Assembly: GCA_049724395.1 (NCBI GenBank)
Contig: JAUGWO010000109.1
Span: 62,001 to 126,000 of the forward strand
Reading direction: 5' to 3'
Origin: Spongospora subterranea f. sp. subterranea
Lineage: Eukaryota
DNA length: 64,000 nucleotides
Under the pieces are notes generated by a model. The model was not told the DNA's origin. It ran no database searches and worked only from the letters and a program-made list of their open reading frames with translations. Shown one piece after another: positions 28,577-41,544 of the stretch; the stretch's first letter is position 1; the number at the start of each line of letters is the position of its first letter. A program made the position numbers and the translations under genes.

Positions 28577-30243
28577 ATGAGATGGGCTGAATTCAAGGTG
28601 AAGCTGCAGAAGACGGCGGACCTGAACCAGACTGGACAGGTGCCGTTGCGATCACTATGGAATATCGCTCATCAGGTGCCGCGAAATGGTGTGAACGGGG
28701 CCGTCTTCCGACCTGCTGAATGAGGGTTATTGCAGGCGATCATATTAGGGGCACAACATTATAGCCAGGGTTCGCCCGAGCACGCGTATATATATTATAT
28801 GAGGGCCGTCAATATTTTGGTGAAAGTATAATAGAACCGACATCTATAACGAGAAAATGCCTTCTCATATCGTGTGGGTGTAGATTGCGCCAAAGCATCA
28901 GCAGTATTCGAGGGAATCGTCGTCCGAACAATCGAAATACCGTGCGATTGCGATCGAAGTCCTGGATAAGCTGGAGGAAATCACGGTTCGGTTCAGGGTG
29001 CAGTATTCGTACGATCGCGATGCTGAATCGCATGATCAGGGTCTTTTACAAGAGAAATGGGATGCCCCAACACCGCCTTGCCCGATATCGCCAACCAATC
29101 AGCCTCCAGAACCCGTTCCGGTTCCGATATCTCCCCCAGATCCCTCGCCGTCTCCAGTAGACGACCCCTGTATTGAACTGGCGCCCGGCGACCGCCCCAT
29201 CGCCCCTCCTTTATCGGTTGGTGGCGCCATCCGTTCCCTCCCAATCGATCCAGCATTGACTGATATCCCGATCCGTTCAGCCAGTCCAGGAAGGGGGCGA
29301 TTTAGAGGATCCGTTCGCCAATCTGAGAATGTCGTACCCTAAATCCCGACCACCTAGTAACATTCGCGCTGGTCGTTGTAGCGCCACATGGTCTTCAATA
29401 TTGATCATATAGTTCAGTCGGCGGAACCGGCCGGAACCTCGAAACAGATGGCGATTCTGGCCAGTATCGGTGAGCTGTGCCGAGTGAATATACCTGGCGA
29501 TACACCATGGCAATTCTTGAGGCAAGCGCCGGGCGTTGTTGTTGTTGGCCGGGAAAGCTGACGATGGGGTTAGGGCGGTGGAGGACAACACGAGAAGGGA
29601 TATCGAGACGTGCGGAATGTTGATGGGCTGCATGATCGATCGGGAATACCACATCACTCATGTAAGGGGTTTCCAGATCTTGGGTCTCAGCATGTCGCCA
29701 TCTCAGACCCAGCACCCCCACTGTTAGGTCTATCTGCCCAAGCAAAAGGGCACCGCCAATACGGTTGAGGCCCAGGATGATCTGGAATACCTCAACTTCT
29801 CGATCGATAACAATTTGCTGCAATTGGGATGGATTCACACTCATCCATCCCAGGTATCACCCCAGACCGCTTTTTCATTGGCCTAAACGCCATCTCAACC
29901 CGTTTTACAGTCGTGTTTTCTCTCGTCTGTCGACCTCCATACCCATTTCGGGTTTCAACGCGATCTGAAAGAGGCAATTGCAATTGTGATGGCGCCCTCC
30001 GTTAAGGACAATATTGGATTCTTCTCCTTAACCGACAAAGGGCTTCGCATCGTTCAGGTTTGGACTCAATAGACACCACTGGATTCCATGGCCAAAAAAT
30101 CTCACCAATTCTTCTTCTCATAGAATTGTCATAAGGCTGGATTCCATGAGCACTCACAGAACGAAGGTCTGTATGAATCTAGTCGACACACGATAATCAG
30201 GGATAGGTCCAAGATCACCATCGTTGACCAGAGGAATTTTTAA
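28577..30243 (+). CDS. STAMBP: AMSH/STAMBP-like JAMM deubiquitinase
   Basis: N-terminal MIT-like region; MPN domain [14 protein letters not shown] and JAMM motif [39 protein letters not shown]. Confidence 0.92.
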
Positions 30244-30445
30244 AATCACGTAATTAACAAAACGTTTGTATAAAAGATACTGTAAATTTCCCGAGAAATT
30301 CGGTGTGTGGTTTGACCAAGGGGATTGGGCGATATTGATATTAGGGGTGACGACCCGATCCTCATCAAATATCTCCATCCGCCCGTCCGTCCTGTTCGCA
30401 ACCGCCTTTTCCTGATGGGTTTATAGCCCAGTGCTCTTCACGATC

Positions 30446-31407
30446 ATGGCCAAGGTCCATGCTCATGTCCAGATGATCCGGGATCAATGGCGATCATCGA
30501 CCCAACAGATCTGGATTGTCGACGGTCTGATCGACAGCGAACGCCGCCGATTCCGCTCGGCTTACGCCTCACGACTCGGCCAGATTCGAGCGGTTCTCTC
30601 CTCCAATCCCGTTCAACGTCATGTCGGTGTTCATCACGCGACGACCCCTTCGTCTCCTGTCCTCAGAACCCATTGGCGTCGTCAACACCCAATGCGCCCA
30701 TCGTCGAGCCCATCTCGTCACCTGCCCAGGGCGTCATTGCACTCATCGCCATCCTGTAATAACATCAACCGCCTTTCCCATCTCTCGGCAATGTACATGG
30801 ACTCGTCCTTGATTTCCAGTAAACTCCAGAACACGGCGATCAATGCTCTCCAGGACCTATCCCGTTGCGCATTCATTCTCCTCAACCAGATTGAGGCTGT
30901 TGACCCGAACGGTCTCGCCATGGCGTCCCAATTCTGGAATCAGCTCACGAAGCGCACCACGATGCTCCGATCATATCTGAAAGCGAAATCGAAAATATTA
31001 GGTAATGAACGACCCATCTGCAGTTTTCATCGAATTTTAATATCGGTTGTTTTGGTCGTGAATAAGAATATCGCCATAGTCAATACATTCTATGTATTCG
31101 GAAGAATCATGGGAACCTGAGCAATGGGCGCCTGAATCAGGGACACGAACAGCTGCTGGAGATCGGGATCAAGATGATATCGGATATCTGGTCGTCGTTG
31201 CAGGCGCTGCACGCGATCGTGTCGGCCAAGCGGCAGTCGGACGAGCGGGCGTGTTTCGCCGCCGACCCGGTGTCGACCGTCGACGGGCCCGTCGTCGTAT
31301 CCATGGTGCCAATGCAGGTTCTCAATCTCCAGCACATATTCGACCTGCTCCAGGAGCAGATCGACCAGTATTCGACCACGATCGATTTCATCGACCATCT
31401 TCAGTGA
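30446..31407 (+). CDS. Hypothetical protein (two exons)
   Basis: ORF MAKVHAHVQMIRDQW... joined by a GTAATG...TAAG intron (~31002-31065) to a frame ending ...TIDFIDHLQ-stop. Confidence 0.5.
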
Positions 31408-32345
31408 TGGCGATTAAAACCTAGTTCCGGCAGCGTTCGCTCCGGAATCACCAGCACTTTTCTCATCAACTCACCAAGCTGACCGTTATCCTGCGGTCGT
31501 CTCATCCCTCTGGCGCGAGCAACGCCTCGGACTCGCCGGCGGCCGCGTCCGGTCTTCCCAGCAGCATAATCCCGCTGTAGCCGCGCTCGTGGCGATAGAT
31601 TCCGTCGTCGGTCAACAGTGCGATTGGCGCTACGGGTCTCGACCGGGAACAGATCCCGGATTTCATCCTCTTGCGGGTCGTGTCCCCGACTCGCCACCAC
31701 CTTCTCCGCCTTGTGCACCTTGGCCCGGCGCTCCAGCTCGCTCTCCAGCACGGCGAGCTTATTGGCGACCATCGCCCGCCGCGCCTGCCGGATCTGCTGC
31801 ATTCTCTGCTTCTCCAGCTCTTTGCTCTCGAGATCGGTCTCGATCTGGCTCCACTGTCGGACAGACTCGATGGCGGCGACCGGCGCCGTTCCGGTTCTCA
31901 TGACGGCGTCCAGGCTGGTCCGGCGAAGGAACGCGGGGATCCAGAGATAGAACGGCAGAGTTGTGTTCCGGTCATTTGATGACCCCCTGTCGTTCTTCTC
32001 GTAATCGATCACGGATCGCACCATAAAGTGCATGAACTCGTTGAAATCAATCTCGCCATCGTGATTCTCGTCGATCGCTGCCAATCGCGCGTTCATCTCG
32101 ACAGCCGTCATTCGAAACCCGATATAGCGAAGGGCTTTGAGGAATTCACCAGGTCCTAGGGCCCCAGACCCGTTCACGTCAATCAGGTCAAACATGCGAC
32201 GATAATACGCCTTGGTTCGAGAATCGATTGGGTCGCTCATATGGGTATTGCCATGAACCGCCATCCAGCGGATCATGCGATCGCTATATAGATCCATCTC
32301 GGCCGGTGACATCTCCTTGATAGGATGCTGCCGTCGGGACCGCAT
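31401..32345 (-). CDS. EF-hand calcium-binding protein with C-terminal coiled coil
   Basis: Two canonical EF loops, DVNGSGALGPGE and DENHDGEIDFNE; intronless. Confidence 0.85.
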   Translation of the reverse strand: MRSRRQHPIKEMSPAEMDLYSDRMIRWMAVHGNTHMSDPIDSRTKAYYRRMFDLIDVNGSGALGPGEFLKALRYIGFRMTAVEMNARLAAIDENHDGEIDFNEFMHFMVRSVIDYEKNDRGSSNDRNTTLPFYLWIPAFLRRTSLDAVMRTGTAPVAAIESVRQWSQIETDLESKELEKQRMQQIRQARRAMVANKLAVLESELERRAKVHKAEKVVASRGHDPQEDEIRDLFPVETRSANRTVDRRRNLSPRARLQRDYAAGKTGRGRRRVRGVARARGMRRPQDNGQLGELMRKVLVIPERTLPELGFNRHH

Positions 32346-32530
32346 CGCCAGATGACCAGCCAAAGGATATGGGAATGGGCACGTGCCAAAGGTCTCGTCG
32401 TTTTAATGATTAGTAATTAGGGTCAGTTTTGCTGATGTCTCCCGCAGCAGGTAAGGGCAACATCATACTAGATTTATCCACATAAACATCGGGATCTATA
32501 TGTCGAAAAGAGATTACAAAAAAAGGAATG

Positions 32531-34662
32531 TCAATACAATTTTTCTAAGTCACCTTTGAAGCCAATTTGTAAATCATTTACCCAACGGCGTATCTCGTTT
32601 GTGATCTCGAACTGATCGTCGGCGATGATCCCTCTTTGTTGCCAGTTTAGTCGATGTTGAATAACCGCCGTGATGGTCCACGATGATTGATCTAAAAGAT
32701 CCGACACCCTAAGATCGATCGGCGCCCTCCAGATCTCCCGAGTTCTTAACCACATACGCCTCGAGATTCTGTATGTCCCAAGATTATCTTGATCAAATAT
32801 TTCCCTTTCGACCCCAATCCTCATACCTTCCTCAGCATTGCTAGCTGCTCGTTCGAGCAAGAATATGCGACCTGGAATTTGACTGATGCAAAGATTGACG
32901 TCTGATTGATTGCCTGGGCGATATTCACTGACCAGCAACAGTGGCGTGGCTTGTCATCCTCATATTATATATCGGACTTTGAGCCAACAATCCATTTGGT
33001 ATGTTCATCACTCGCCCATCACCCGATCGCAAATCAGAGCTCATCAACCGGATTCGAAGAACGGTGAAGTCTTGACTATTGAACTGTGTTTCAATCAAGA
33101 CATCAATATGAGTGATTTCAATCTAAATCAACCATATACTTGAATAAGATCCCCGACTTCCACCGATTTAGTCACGAAAACCCATATCATAGACTCGAAA
33201 ACTCTGGTGATCATTCCCGAAAACGCGAATGTTAACGAGGCAAATGCGGTGGCGAATGTGACCACCATCGCAGAAAGGTTAACGCCAAGAACATACACTA
33301 ATAGATAACTGGTGATCACCAGATAGAATATCGTGTTCAATGCAATGAGGACAACACTCAACAGGTTGTCAAGGTTTGAAGCTCTGTTCGACAAATGAAC
33401 AAGATGTTCAAAGGCCTAAACAAGCGAGAATGAGAGAATTGTATGAGAAAAAAGTAATGGTGATTCGACCTGAATAAATGCCCAGATAAAGTCGTCAGCG
33501 TGTATTTTCCGTGTGTCGGGCGCGTCCTTGAAAAACAACGACCATGATCGCCCTGCGGATTCGGTTGTCGAAAATAAATGGCACCAGGATTGGAATGATA
33601 TCTCATAACCATCACAAAATAAGCGCTTGGAAATAAATTGAGCCTGATTCGTCAAGCATCAGCAATCGTCCACTGTCAACCCTCAACACAGTTACTATTG
33701 TCCTCATCTTGGAAGTCGAGGTGACTCGCAGAGACGCTTCTTCATCGAACATCCATTCGTTCCCATCAGATGTCGGGACTAAAGGCAGCACCATCACACA
33801 ATCGCGAAGCTCGCGAACTTTATGATCAAACGACGATTTTTTTTAATGACTGGCGTCGCCAGGATTTGAGTAATCGTGCTCGTGACGATGCGTCAGGACA
33901 GCAGATCATCCAAATCGTGTCTTTTATTGCAGTTAGAACTTGCAAATCAGATTTGAGCGTATTCACCGTCGCAAACTATGACCCAGGACAAAAGGCACAT
34001 TACCAACTCAAAGTTACTGAGTTACACCTTACTCACCTTCCTAATTAGCCCATAGAATAACTCTTTGACAACCCAACTAACAGATATGACAAACCCACCT
34101 CGGAAAACAACCTGAACCGAGTCAATCGACAGGTCGCGCCATCTTGGTAGTATCAACAGGTGCCAGACTCCAAATAAAACCACGAAACGGATTCGCGATC
34201 GCAATGCGGTTATGGTCCCGGTTGAGGAATCTGGATCACTGATAAAAATAAGGATTCGAATAAAGAGGTGCTCTATGATGGTGGACAGGAATAGAGAGGC
34301 GACGAGAATCCCTGGCCTGGACACAGTCAGAAAAGGGATGTGAGGTGAGGAAAAAATCAAATTACATTGCAATGAGCGCTGCATTGGCAAGGCGTACCGT
34401 CGCCAGATAGAGAGTAGTAGAGTATGGAAGACGTTAGAGAGATGATAACGATAAACAGAGAAATATAATGGGATCTGACGAACTGTTTTAGGGGATGGCG
34501 GTCGACCGATAAATCAACATTATCGATATCCTCTTGATCCCGATCATTGTGATCATCTTGGATTGATAAGGCCATCTCTGGATTGTGATCGGAATGACGC
34601 CGTAATGGCTCTCGTAATGCGTAATACGCCATCATTTTGCTATTAGGCCAGCCTGTGCTCAT
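32531..34662 (-). CDS. MscS-like (MSL) mechanosensitive ion channel, multi-exon
   Basis: TM helices followed by SLTFAFSGMITRVFESMIWVFVTKSVEVGDLIQ and C-terminal QHRLNWQQ, typical of eukaryotic MscS-family proteins. Confidence 0.8.
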
Positions 34663-34810
34663 ATTGAGGCAGGGTGTAAGCCAGGGCTTTGTCTTTAGAT
34701 TGTTCCCTTGTCCCTGGGAAGGGGGAGCGGCTAGCTACCAGACCAGGGCGAGGCGATTACACCACGATCACGACGTTTACTAAAGCACGTTGAGAAACCC
34801 TGTGTGGACC

Positions 34811-34852
34811 GAGAGAGAGAGACAGAGAGAGAGACAGAGAGAGAGACAGAGA
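34811..34852. repeat. (GA)n / GACA-interrupted microsatellite
   Basis: GAGAGAGAGAGACAGAGAGAGAGACAGAGAGAGAGACAGAGA. Confidence 0.9.
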
Positions 34853-34968
34853 GGGGATCTGGAATAACAGTGAGGCAGTGGTAATGCAGCCATGCTGCTA
34901 ATTATGATACGACTGTAACCACACATGGTCTAGACTGGAACTTGCAACGGGAGGGGTGAGGGGGGTTC

Positions 34969-35088
34969 ATGGGACTACTGTAAATCAGTCTGATAAGAGG
35001 AGCAGTAATGGGACTACTGTAAATCAGTCTGATAAGAGGAGCAGTAATGGGACTACTGTAAATCAGTCTGATAAAGAGGAGCAGCAAT
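34969..35088. repeat. 39-bp tandem repeat, 3 copies
   Basis: Unit ATGGGACTACTGTAAATCAGTCTGATAAGAGGAGCAGTA; the third copy is slightly variant. Confidence 0.92.
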
Positions 35089-35486
35089 GACACACCACTT
35101 GTGACCGACATCAATCTCGATCAGACACACCACTTGTGACCGACATCAATCTCGATCAGACACACCACTTGTGACCGACATCAATCTCGATCAGACACAC
35201 CACTTGTGACCGACATCAATCTCGATCAGACACACCACTTGTGACCGACATCAATCTCGATCAGACACACCACTTGTGACCGACATCAATCTCGATCAGA
35301 CACACCACTTGTGACCGACATCAATCTCGATCAGACACACCACTTGTGACCGACATCAATCTCGATCAGACACACCACTTGTGACCGACATCAATCTCGA
35401 TCAGACACACCACTTGTGACCGACATCAATCTCGATCAGACACACCAATACCTTATCAATCTCGATCAGACACACCAATACCTTAT
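35089..35486. repeat. 35-bp minisatellite, 10 identical copies plus 2 variant or partial copies
   Basis: Unit GACACACCACTTGTGACCGACATCAATCTCGATCA, head to tail from 35089 to 35438, then GACACACCAATACCTTAT variants. Confidence 0.96.
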
Positions 35487-35529
35487 TCCCATTCAATAAT
35501 GCACTCTAATAAGATGCTACTGTAAGTAC

Positions 35530-37680
35530 CTCTCCCTTTTGTCAACCATGGCGGTAGGCGAACAGTTGACGAAAGTGGCGTCGAAAGCGTCTGGGTCCGA
35601 CAGCAATCGTCGGGTTTAGAAAAACGACAGGCCTCGTTGTTCCTCTGCATCGGAGCACAACCCAATGTCCAACCAATGCCTCACATTATCTTCCGTGCCA
35701 AGGACACTCAAATCCTACGATCATCAGAGCCGGATAAAATGGGGACAAGTTATATTGTGTTGATATAAGTTGGTTTTCACAACTAAACAGGACAACGCGT
35801 TCGTGTCCACTTCCACTAGTGTGTGTGTCGGATAGATATGAACACTGCAGTCAGGATCGCTGACGAGCTCAAATCCGATCCTGCGTGTGCGGATCATGAC
35901 TCCAATACGATCCTTTTTTGCGACAATCTTAAGGCACATATTGCCAAAGAGGTTTGTTCTTTGATGCAATGAAGGCCTATCGGAAGAACAATCTTATCTC
36001 CTCCCTTACCGACTTACAGTACTTCAGCCAGGTAGGAGATTTCAATGTCGCGTTGACCGTCGAAGGGTTCGGCTGCTCGTTCCCACGTCCTCCCACGTAC
36101 CGAGGGCGAAAAGCACATTCTTGTGAGAAAGTTCCTCGCTGGTTTTTGGTGGTTCAGCTGTCCGAATGATACTATGCTTGTTTTTGGTTGAATTACCCGA
36201 CTCAACAGGAACACAGGGGAACATTCTGCCGGAATACCATTGTGGCTGGTCAAGGGGCATATGCTCTGTCGTGCCATCATTTGTCATGATTCAAAAGTGG
36301 TAGGTATAAAAGGACCCGATAATGATGTCCTTTGAGCCATCATTGTACCTTTTGGGTCAGGTGGTTACTGTGAATCTCGGGCGTAGTCTTGAAGGAATGC
36401 GTCCGATTAATGGTATGGTTTTGATGCGCTTCACGATTGGTTGCGGAAGGTGAACTCCTTCTCCAGAGCTGGTACTGGTTGATCGGGTCGAGACAACAGG
36501 TGACCAGGACGCAGTATCGACGTACGTTTGAAACTTCCAGCTGGGGTTCGTTGGTTAGATCTCGTATTCGGGAAATCGCGACAACCGCGTCGGGTATTCC
36601 AGATACGCTAACGGGGCGATGCACAATGACCAACTGATATTCCCCGAGTTCTCACTGACCAACGTGTTTGGCGGCGATTGAGAGTTTGGATGACGTAAAC
36701 TAAATCAAGTTCTTATGATCGCTGTATTATACCGTAATCTCGTGCTGTGCGCCCTCGAGGAAGTGTCTCCACACTTTGCCAGCAATTCTTCGCGCGGGAC
36801 GTAGTTCAAATCCGGCACCGCCAACTTCCTTTGAGTAGAACGCCATGGGATGCGATTGGCCATCCGGTTGTGGCTGTGAAAGAACGCGCCAGTGCGAAAT
36901 CAGACGCATCCGACTCAACCATGATCGGTAGGGTCGGGGTCGAAATGATTCATACCCGGTGCATCGGTGAACGCGGGTTTCAGGGTCGGACTCGGCCGCG
37001 GCCGACTAAGTAAATTGTGGAATTTTCTTTGTCAACGACGTCAGGGGTGATGATATCTTGGCGAAACGGATTCCCCGTAAAGTTAGCCAGGATCGAAAAA
37101 CGTTGGATGCCCTTGGCTGTTGTTGGTGTCGCCCAGTCGAGGATAGTTTCCACCTTACTCGAATCCATCTTGACGCTGTGTGTCGGTGCCCAAATACCCG
37201 AGGAATTCGGCTTCTTGAGCGTCGAATACCAACAACAGCCAAGGACGTTCAAAGGTTTTTAGGCTTCGCTAACTTTTACAGAAAATTCATTGTACAGATT
37301 TCCCCAAGATATCATCACCCCTGACGTCGCTCCCCGTTCGCGACCCTGAAACGCGCGTTCACCGGTACCTAACCCTACCAATCATGGTTGGGACGGATGC
37401 GTCTGATTTCGCGTTGAGGCGGTTAGCAGCAACACCGGTCGAGTTTTAGCCAAACCTTATGGCCTAAATTGATCACGAAGGGTCCTTGTTCCATGAGAGA
37501 GATTATCAATCCGATGACCTACCGGCTTTCACTGCCGCCCATATCAACGCTGCACAACACATCCCGTTCGGCGGTACTGTCATCGTTCATGGAGAACGAT
37601 ATTCCTTGGCGCCTTCGGCTCGCTATTGGGAACTGGGAACCCGCACGAACTCTCGACGCAACGCCGGAATGTTCGGCCGA
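35530..37680. mobile_element. Degenerate Ty3/Gypsy pol relics in opposite orientations
   Basis: Minus strand: VKMDSSKVETILDWATPTTAKGIQRF, VLSQ...HPMAFYSK, WRHFLEGAQHEITV. Plus strand from ~37229: PTTAKDVQRFLGFANFYRKFI and integrase-tail/chromodomain scraps (INPMTYRLSLP, WEPA). Many frameshifts. Confidence 0.85.
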
Positions 37681-38332
37681 CGGTACCGATAAGAATGACT
37701 TCCTGCTGGACATTCTTGTCAACACCTTTCGTCTTCCAACATCTTCAGTAGTCTGGATCACGATAAGAACGTGTCGTGCTGTATCTCGTCGTCTTTTTCC
37801 ACTTAGCTATTTCTTCAACTTCTTCACGTCATCCTACATATTGACCGTGTTTTTTTGTTTTTTGGAAACAGTTCCATCAATTCTGTCACAATGCCCGCTA
37901 TGATGGCTATATTTGCATTTAGTACAATTATCTGCATTCGTACGACGACGTCAGTGCTTGTCCAAGTAACTGCTGTCCAACTCCATCGCCATTTGTAGAA
38001 ATATCGTTCTTTGTGGGAACGATTTTGTTGATTTTCACTGAGTTTGTCTTTGATGGTGATAATCAGGATATTACATCTATATTCGTGTTGGTGTTGGTGG
38101 GAACACACTTTGCCCGTTTAAGTAAGTACATATATTTGCTGAAATGGACAAAACGGGAACAATAACTAGGCGTCATCTCTCCTATTTTGTCACTGCCTCT
38201 TCGCCATCTTATCAAACCATGGGTTTTCAACTCACAATACGCATCGAATGACTACCGAACCAGATTTATAGATTGGCTTTATCGAATTGAATGAATTGTT
38301 GGAAAGATAATGAGGCAGAAAAGCGGGAATTA

Positions 38333-39067
38333 TCATCTAATCCTGATGAATCCAGGGCCTTGATAGAGATGGATAATCAGGGCGATGTATATGGCCGCTG
38401 CGAACAGAGCAACCGCCACGATCGCCCACAGAATCCCCCAAGCTCGTGGAGGTAAACATGGGTATAATGCTGCACACGAGCCGGCATCAGATTCCAGTAA
38501 TGATCGGCGGATCGTGTCGTCAAATATGTCGTATATGGAGAATATACAGATGAACACAGATATGAACAGAATCAGCCACTGATTCACGAGGATGACGTCC
38601 ATGATCGACAGAGCCAACGAGCCGGCCAATATCACGATTGAGGGTATAATGACAGACCTGATGACGGTGTTGGTGGAGCTGTAGAGAGCCCCAAGGAGAC
38701 CCAACGTCAGCAGACCGCTTGCTATATAGCTGCTGATCAGGTTCGATGAGGTCACGATGCCAATGGCGCCAACCAGAGCTCCCCCTGTATAACCAGCTGG
38801 GATAATCATTGTTCGCCATCCGCCGATATAACGGGTCACACCGCCCTCGTCCAAACCGATCTCGATCCCTTTCACGCTCCCGCCGGTCAGCAGACAGGCT
38901 AAAGCGTGGCACATCTCGTGAATGAGGACGGCGAACAGCTTCAGGGGCCGGATGATTGTATAGGACCACAGGCAGATCTGGATCAAGGAGAACGCACAGA
39001 CCGCGCCCAGGAAAGTCCATTCGTTGCGACCACAGCACGTGCTGAGGGTGAAGTCGAGGGTAGGCAT
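38333..39067 (-). CDS. Peptidase M50B-like intramembrane metalloprotease
   Basis: PLKLFAVLIHEMCHALACLLTGG (HExxH), DEGGVT, PAGYTG, YDIFDD, SDA; multiple TM helices; intronless. Confidence 0.9.
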   Translation of the reverse strand: MPTLDFTLSTCCGRNEWTFLGAVCAFSLIQICLWSYTIIRPLKLFAVLIHEMCHALACLLTGGSVKGIEIGLDEGGVTRYIGGWRTMIIPAGYTGGALVGAIGIVTSSNLISSYIASGLLTLGLLGALYSSTNTVIRSVIIPSIVILAGSLALSIMDVILVNQWLILFISVFICIFSIYDIFDDTIRRSLLESDAGSCAALYPCLPPRAWGILWAIVAVALFAAAIYIALIIHLYQGPGFIRIR

Positions 39068-40021
39068 CACGAACAGGGTAAGAAACCTGGGGAAGAACGG
39101 GGGAACGGAACGACTCAGGGATTGGAACTTTACCAGTCGATTAGGTGTGAACCGGAAATATGATCTGGAATCAGGTGGGGCATTGACTCATTGGATTCAG
39201 GTTAGGGGTGTGGGAGGACCGAGCGATATGGCAGGAGGGGCTCCTCATTCCCTTCCTTCCAGAACACCCCCTCAGGTTATCCAGTATGGCCAAACAGGTG
39301 CGATAGTAAAAATATCCCTTCAATCTGTAATTTTAACATACAGGTTGATGCAAGTCTGTACGTTAAGATAACTCTACAGTGTTGACCCCCCAATGACAAT
39401 TGAAATTCACAGAGAGATTTCACAAACAGCAGTTGCTGTTTGTGAAATCCCTTGACACATATCAAGATCGTTCTAGTAGCAGCTGATGTTGACCATAAAC
39501 CGTAGTAATCAAATATCCGAGCGGCTGTCGTATCCTATTTGTGTTATTGTGGCATTCTTTTGGCGAGCCAAGTATTGGCAATCGAAAAAGTCGTTGAAAT
39601 TAAGCCCTGGGAGACTTTTACTCAAATTTTCTTCAATTCATGAACTGGTTAATACAGTTCCAACCTGAGATTTGTTGCGGTGGATTTGTTTATAGATTTG
39701 CTCTAATTTCAGCCACGTCTGAAAGGGGGTATTTCAAACAATACCTGCTTTGGCTCCAGGATCATGATTCGCGCCAGATTCGTTTACAGATCGAAAAAAA
39801 AAACAATTACTCCTTGATAGGATTGACGATTGGTGTGAGGAATATTCGCCAGATGTAGCGAATTATCGGAACATCAAGCAAAGTACACGACCAAACCCTA
39901 CTCTCGTTAAATAATGGGTCAAACCAACGTACGGGTCGGTCGTTTCTCACAGAATTCTTAAATATTGTCAAAACCGTTTACAACCCCCTCCCCCTCAAAC
40001 TTCTAAAATTTTTTAGTCGAC

Positions 40022-41474
40022 ATGGGTCGAGGTGGAGCTCAACTAGGGAAACCGTTGAAAGGTGCTGGAATAGCGGCTAAATCCACACCAGAGGTGAACT
40101 TGGCAGATGTAGAGTCACAGATGGTGAAGGAAAAATATGAGAAAGATAAGAGGGTGCTAGACGATATCCGACACAGATTAGAGATCATGACGAATGAGAA
40201 CCGATCGAGCGAAAGAGTGCTCAGACGTCAATCAAACGAACGTTGGAGAACAATTTTCAGAAAAAAAATGGCCGTGGAACTACAGGACGATACTCAGATA
40301 AAGTTCCATGACATGATGAACAAAGCTGAGGAGTTGACCTTGATCAAATCACGATTGATGCACGAAATTGTGCTAATTGAGGACAAATCGTGCAATGGGC
40401 AATCCAGCAATTGTCGCCAGATGGAGCGATTGGTTGAGATTTTTCACGTCGACGATGACCTATATGAAACATGGCTATGAACAAATGGTGAATGGATTGC
40501 AAAACGAGCTGGAAGCTGAAGCGGAGGCCATTCAAGCTGCCCATGCACAGACATTGAAAGAGAGCAAAGCGTCTATAAGCGAGCTATGGGCCAGTGAGGC
40601 AACTGGATCAGGAATGGAAGTGCAAGTCTATGAAACTGAAAGAGAAGCGGTGAGGAATCGGAACCTGGAGGTGATCCATATGCTGAAGGTCTCAACTAAC
40701 GTGGTGATTGAAAAACTGGAGGAGCGGTTCGACGAGGCCCATCAGTCCTATATCGATATGACAGAGGAGAGGAGTAAAGAGTTCATGACGCTGAAGCAGA
40801 GCGATACCAACATGTCGGAACTGATCGAGAGGCAGGTTCAAAGTATAGAGAGGACCAGCGCCTCAATCCAGCAATGGAGAAAAGCGCTGAACAGGATGAC
40901 CCATATGGGCAGGTCAGGACTGTTATCGCTCCAAAAAGAGAAGGACACACACTTCAAGAACTATCAGCGACTGCATAGCCGGTTCATGAGCATACGATCA
41001 GAGGAGTCATCCATGCTGAGAAACTGCTCCAGATCTGCCCGAACACAAACCGGGCGACTACATCAAGCTGAAGAGACATGTCAGCGAATATTACGACTGG
41101 CCGCGCTGGTGAAAAAGGCTCAAAACGAAAAAGAGTTCGGTGAATACAAGTCGAGGGCTACAATGGAGAACTCGAGCCTTGTTGGATCGTTCATCGACCT
41201 GTACAATGAGGCACGGATGGATATCATAGATGCGAATAAGGCGAAACAGGAGCTCATCCAAAAGAACAGAAAACTGAAGGATATGCTGATGGGATACCTT
41301 GAAGGGACCAACATTGGGAAGGAGACGGTGATTGGGCCAAATCCTCTCCTAGTTATCAACGGCAGATCGGGCGTCAAATTAGCGACCAGGGCACCACGTC
41401 ATTATCCTCGTCCAGCAATCATCGAAGGGGATATGATAATGAGAACATATGCAGCCCAAACGGCTACATATTAA
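40022..41474 (+). CDS. CCDC65: Dynein regulatory complex subunit DRC2/CCDC65-like, with a single frameshift near 40440
   Basis: Coiled coil with NERWRTIFRKKMAVEL and C-terminal LMGYLEGTNIGKETVIGPNPLLVING, resembling the CCDC65 C-terminus; split over two overlapping ORFs. Confidence 0.7.
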
Positions 41475-41544
41475 ATCAGGCTCAGAGAACATCGACTAGA
41501 GTTGAAAGAGCGCGGATCATAATATATTATAGGGATTTAAAATG

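Noticed and set aside
35089..35486. 35-bp repeats as a CRISPR array
   Set aside because: Units are directly head to tail with no unique spacers, there are no cas genes and the context is eukaryotic
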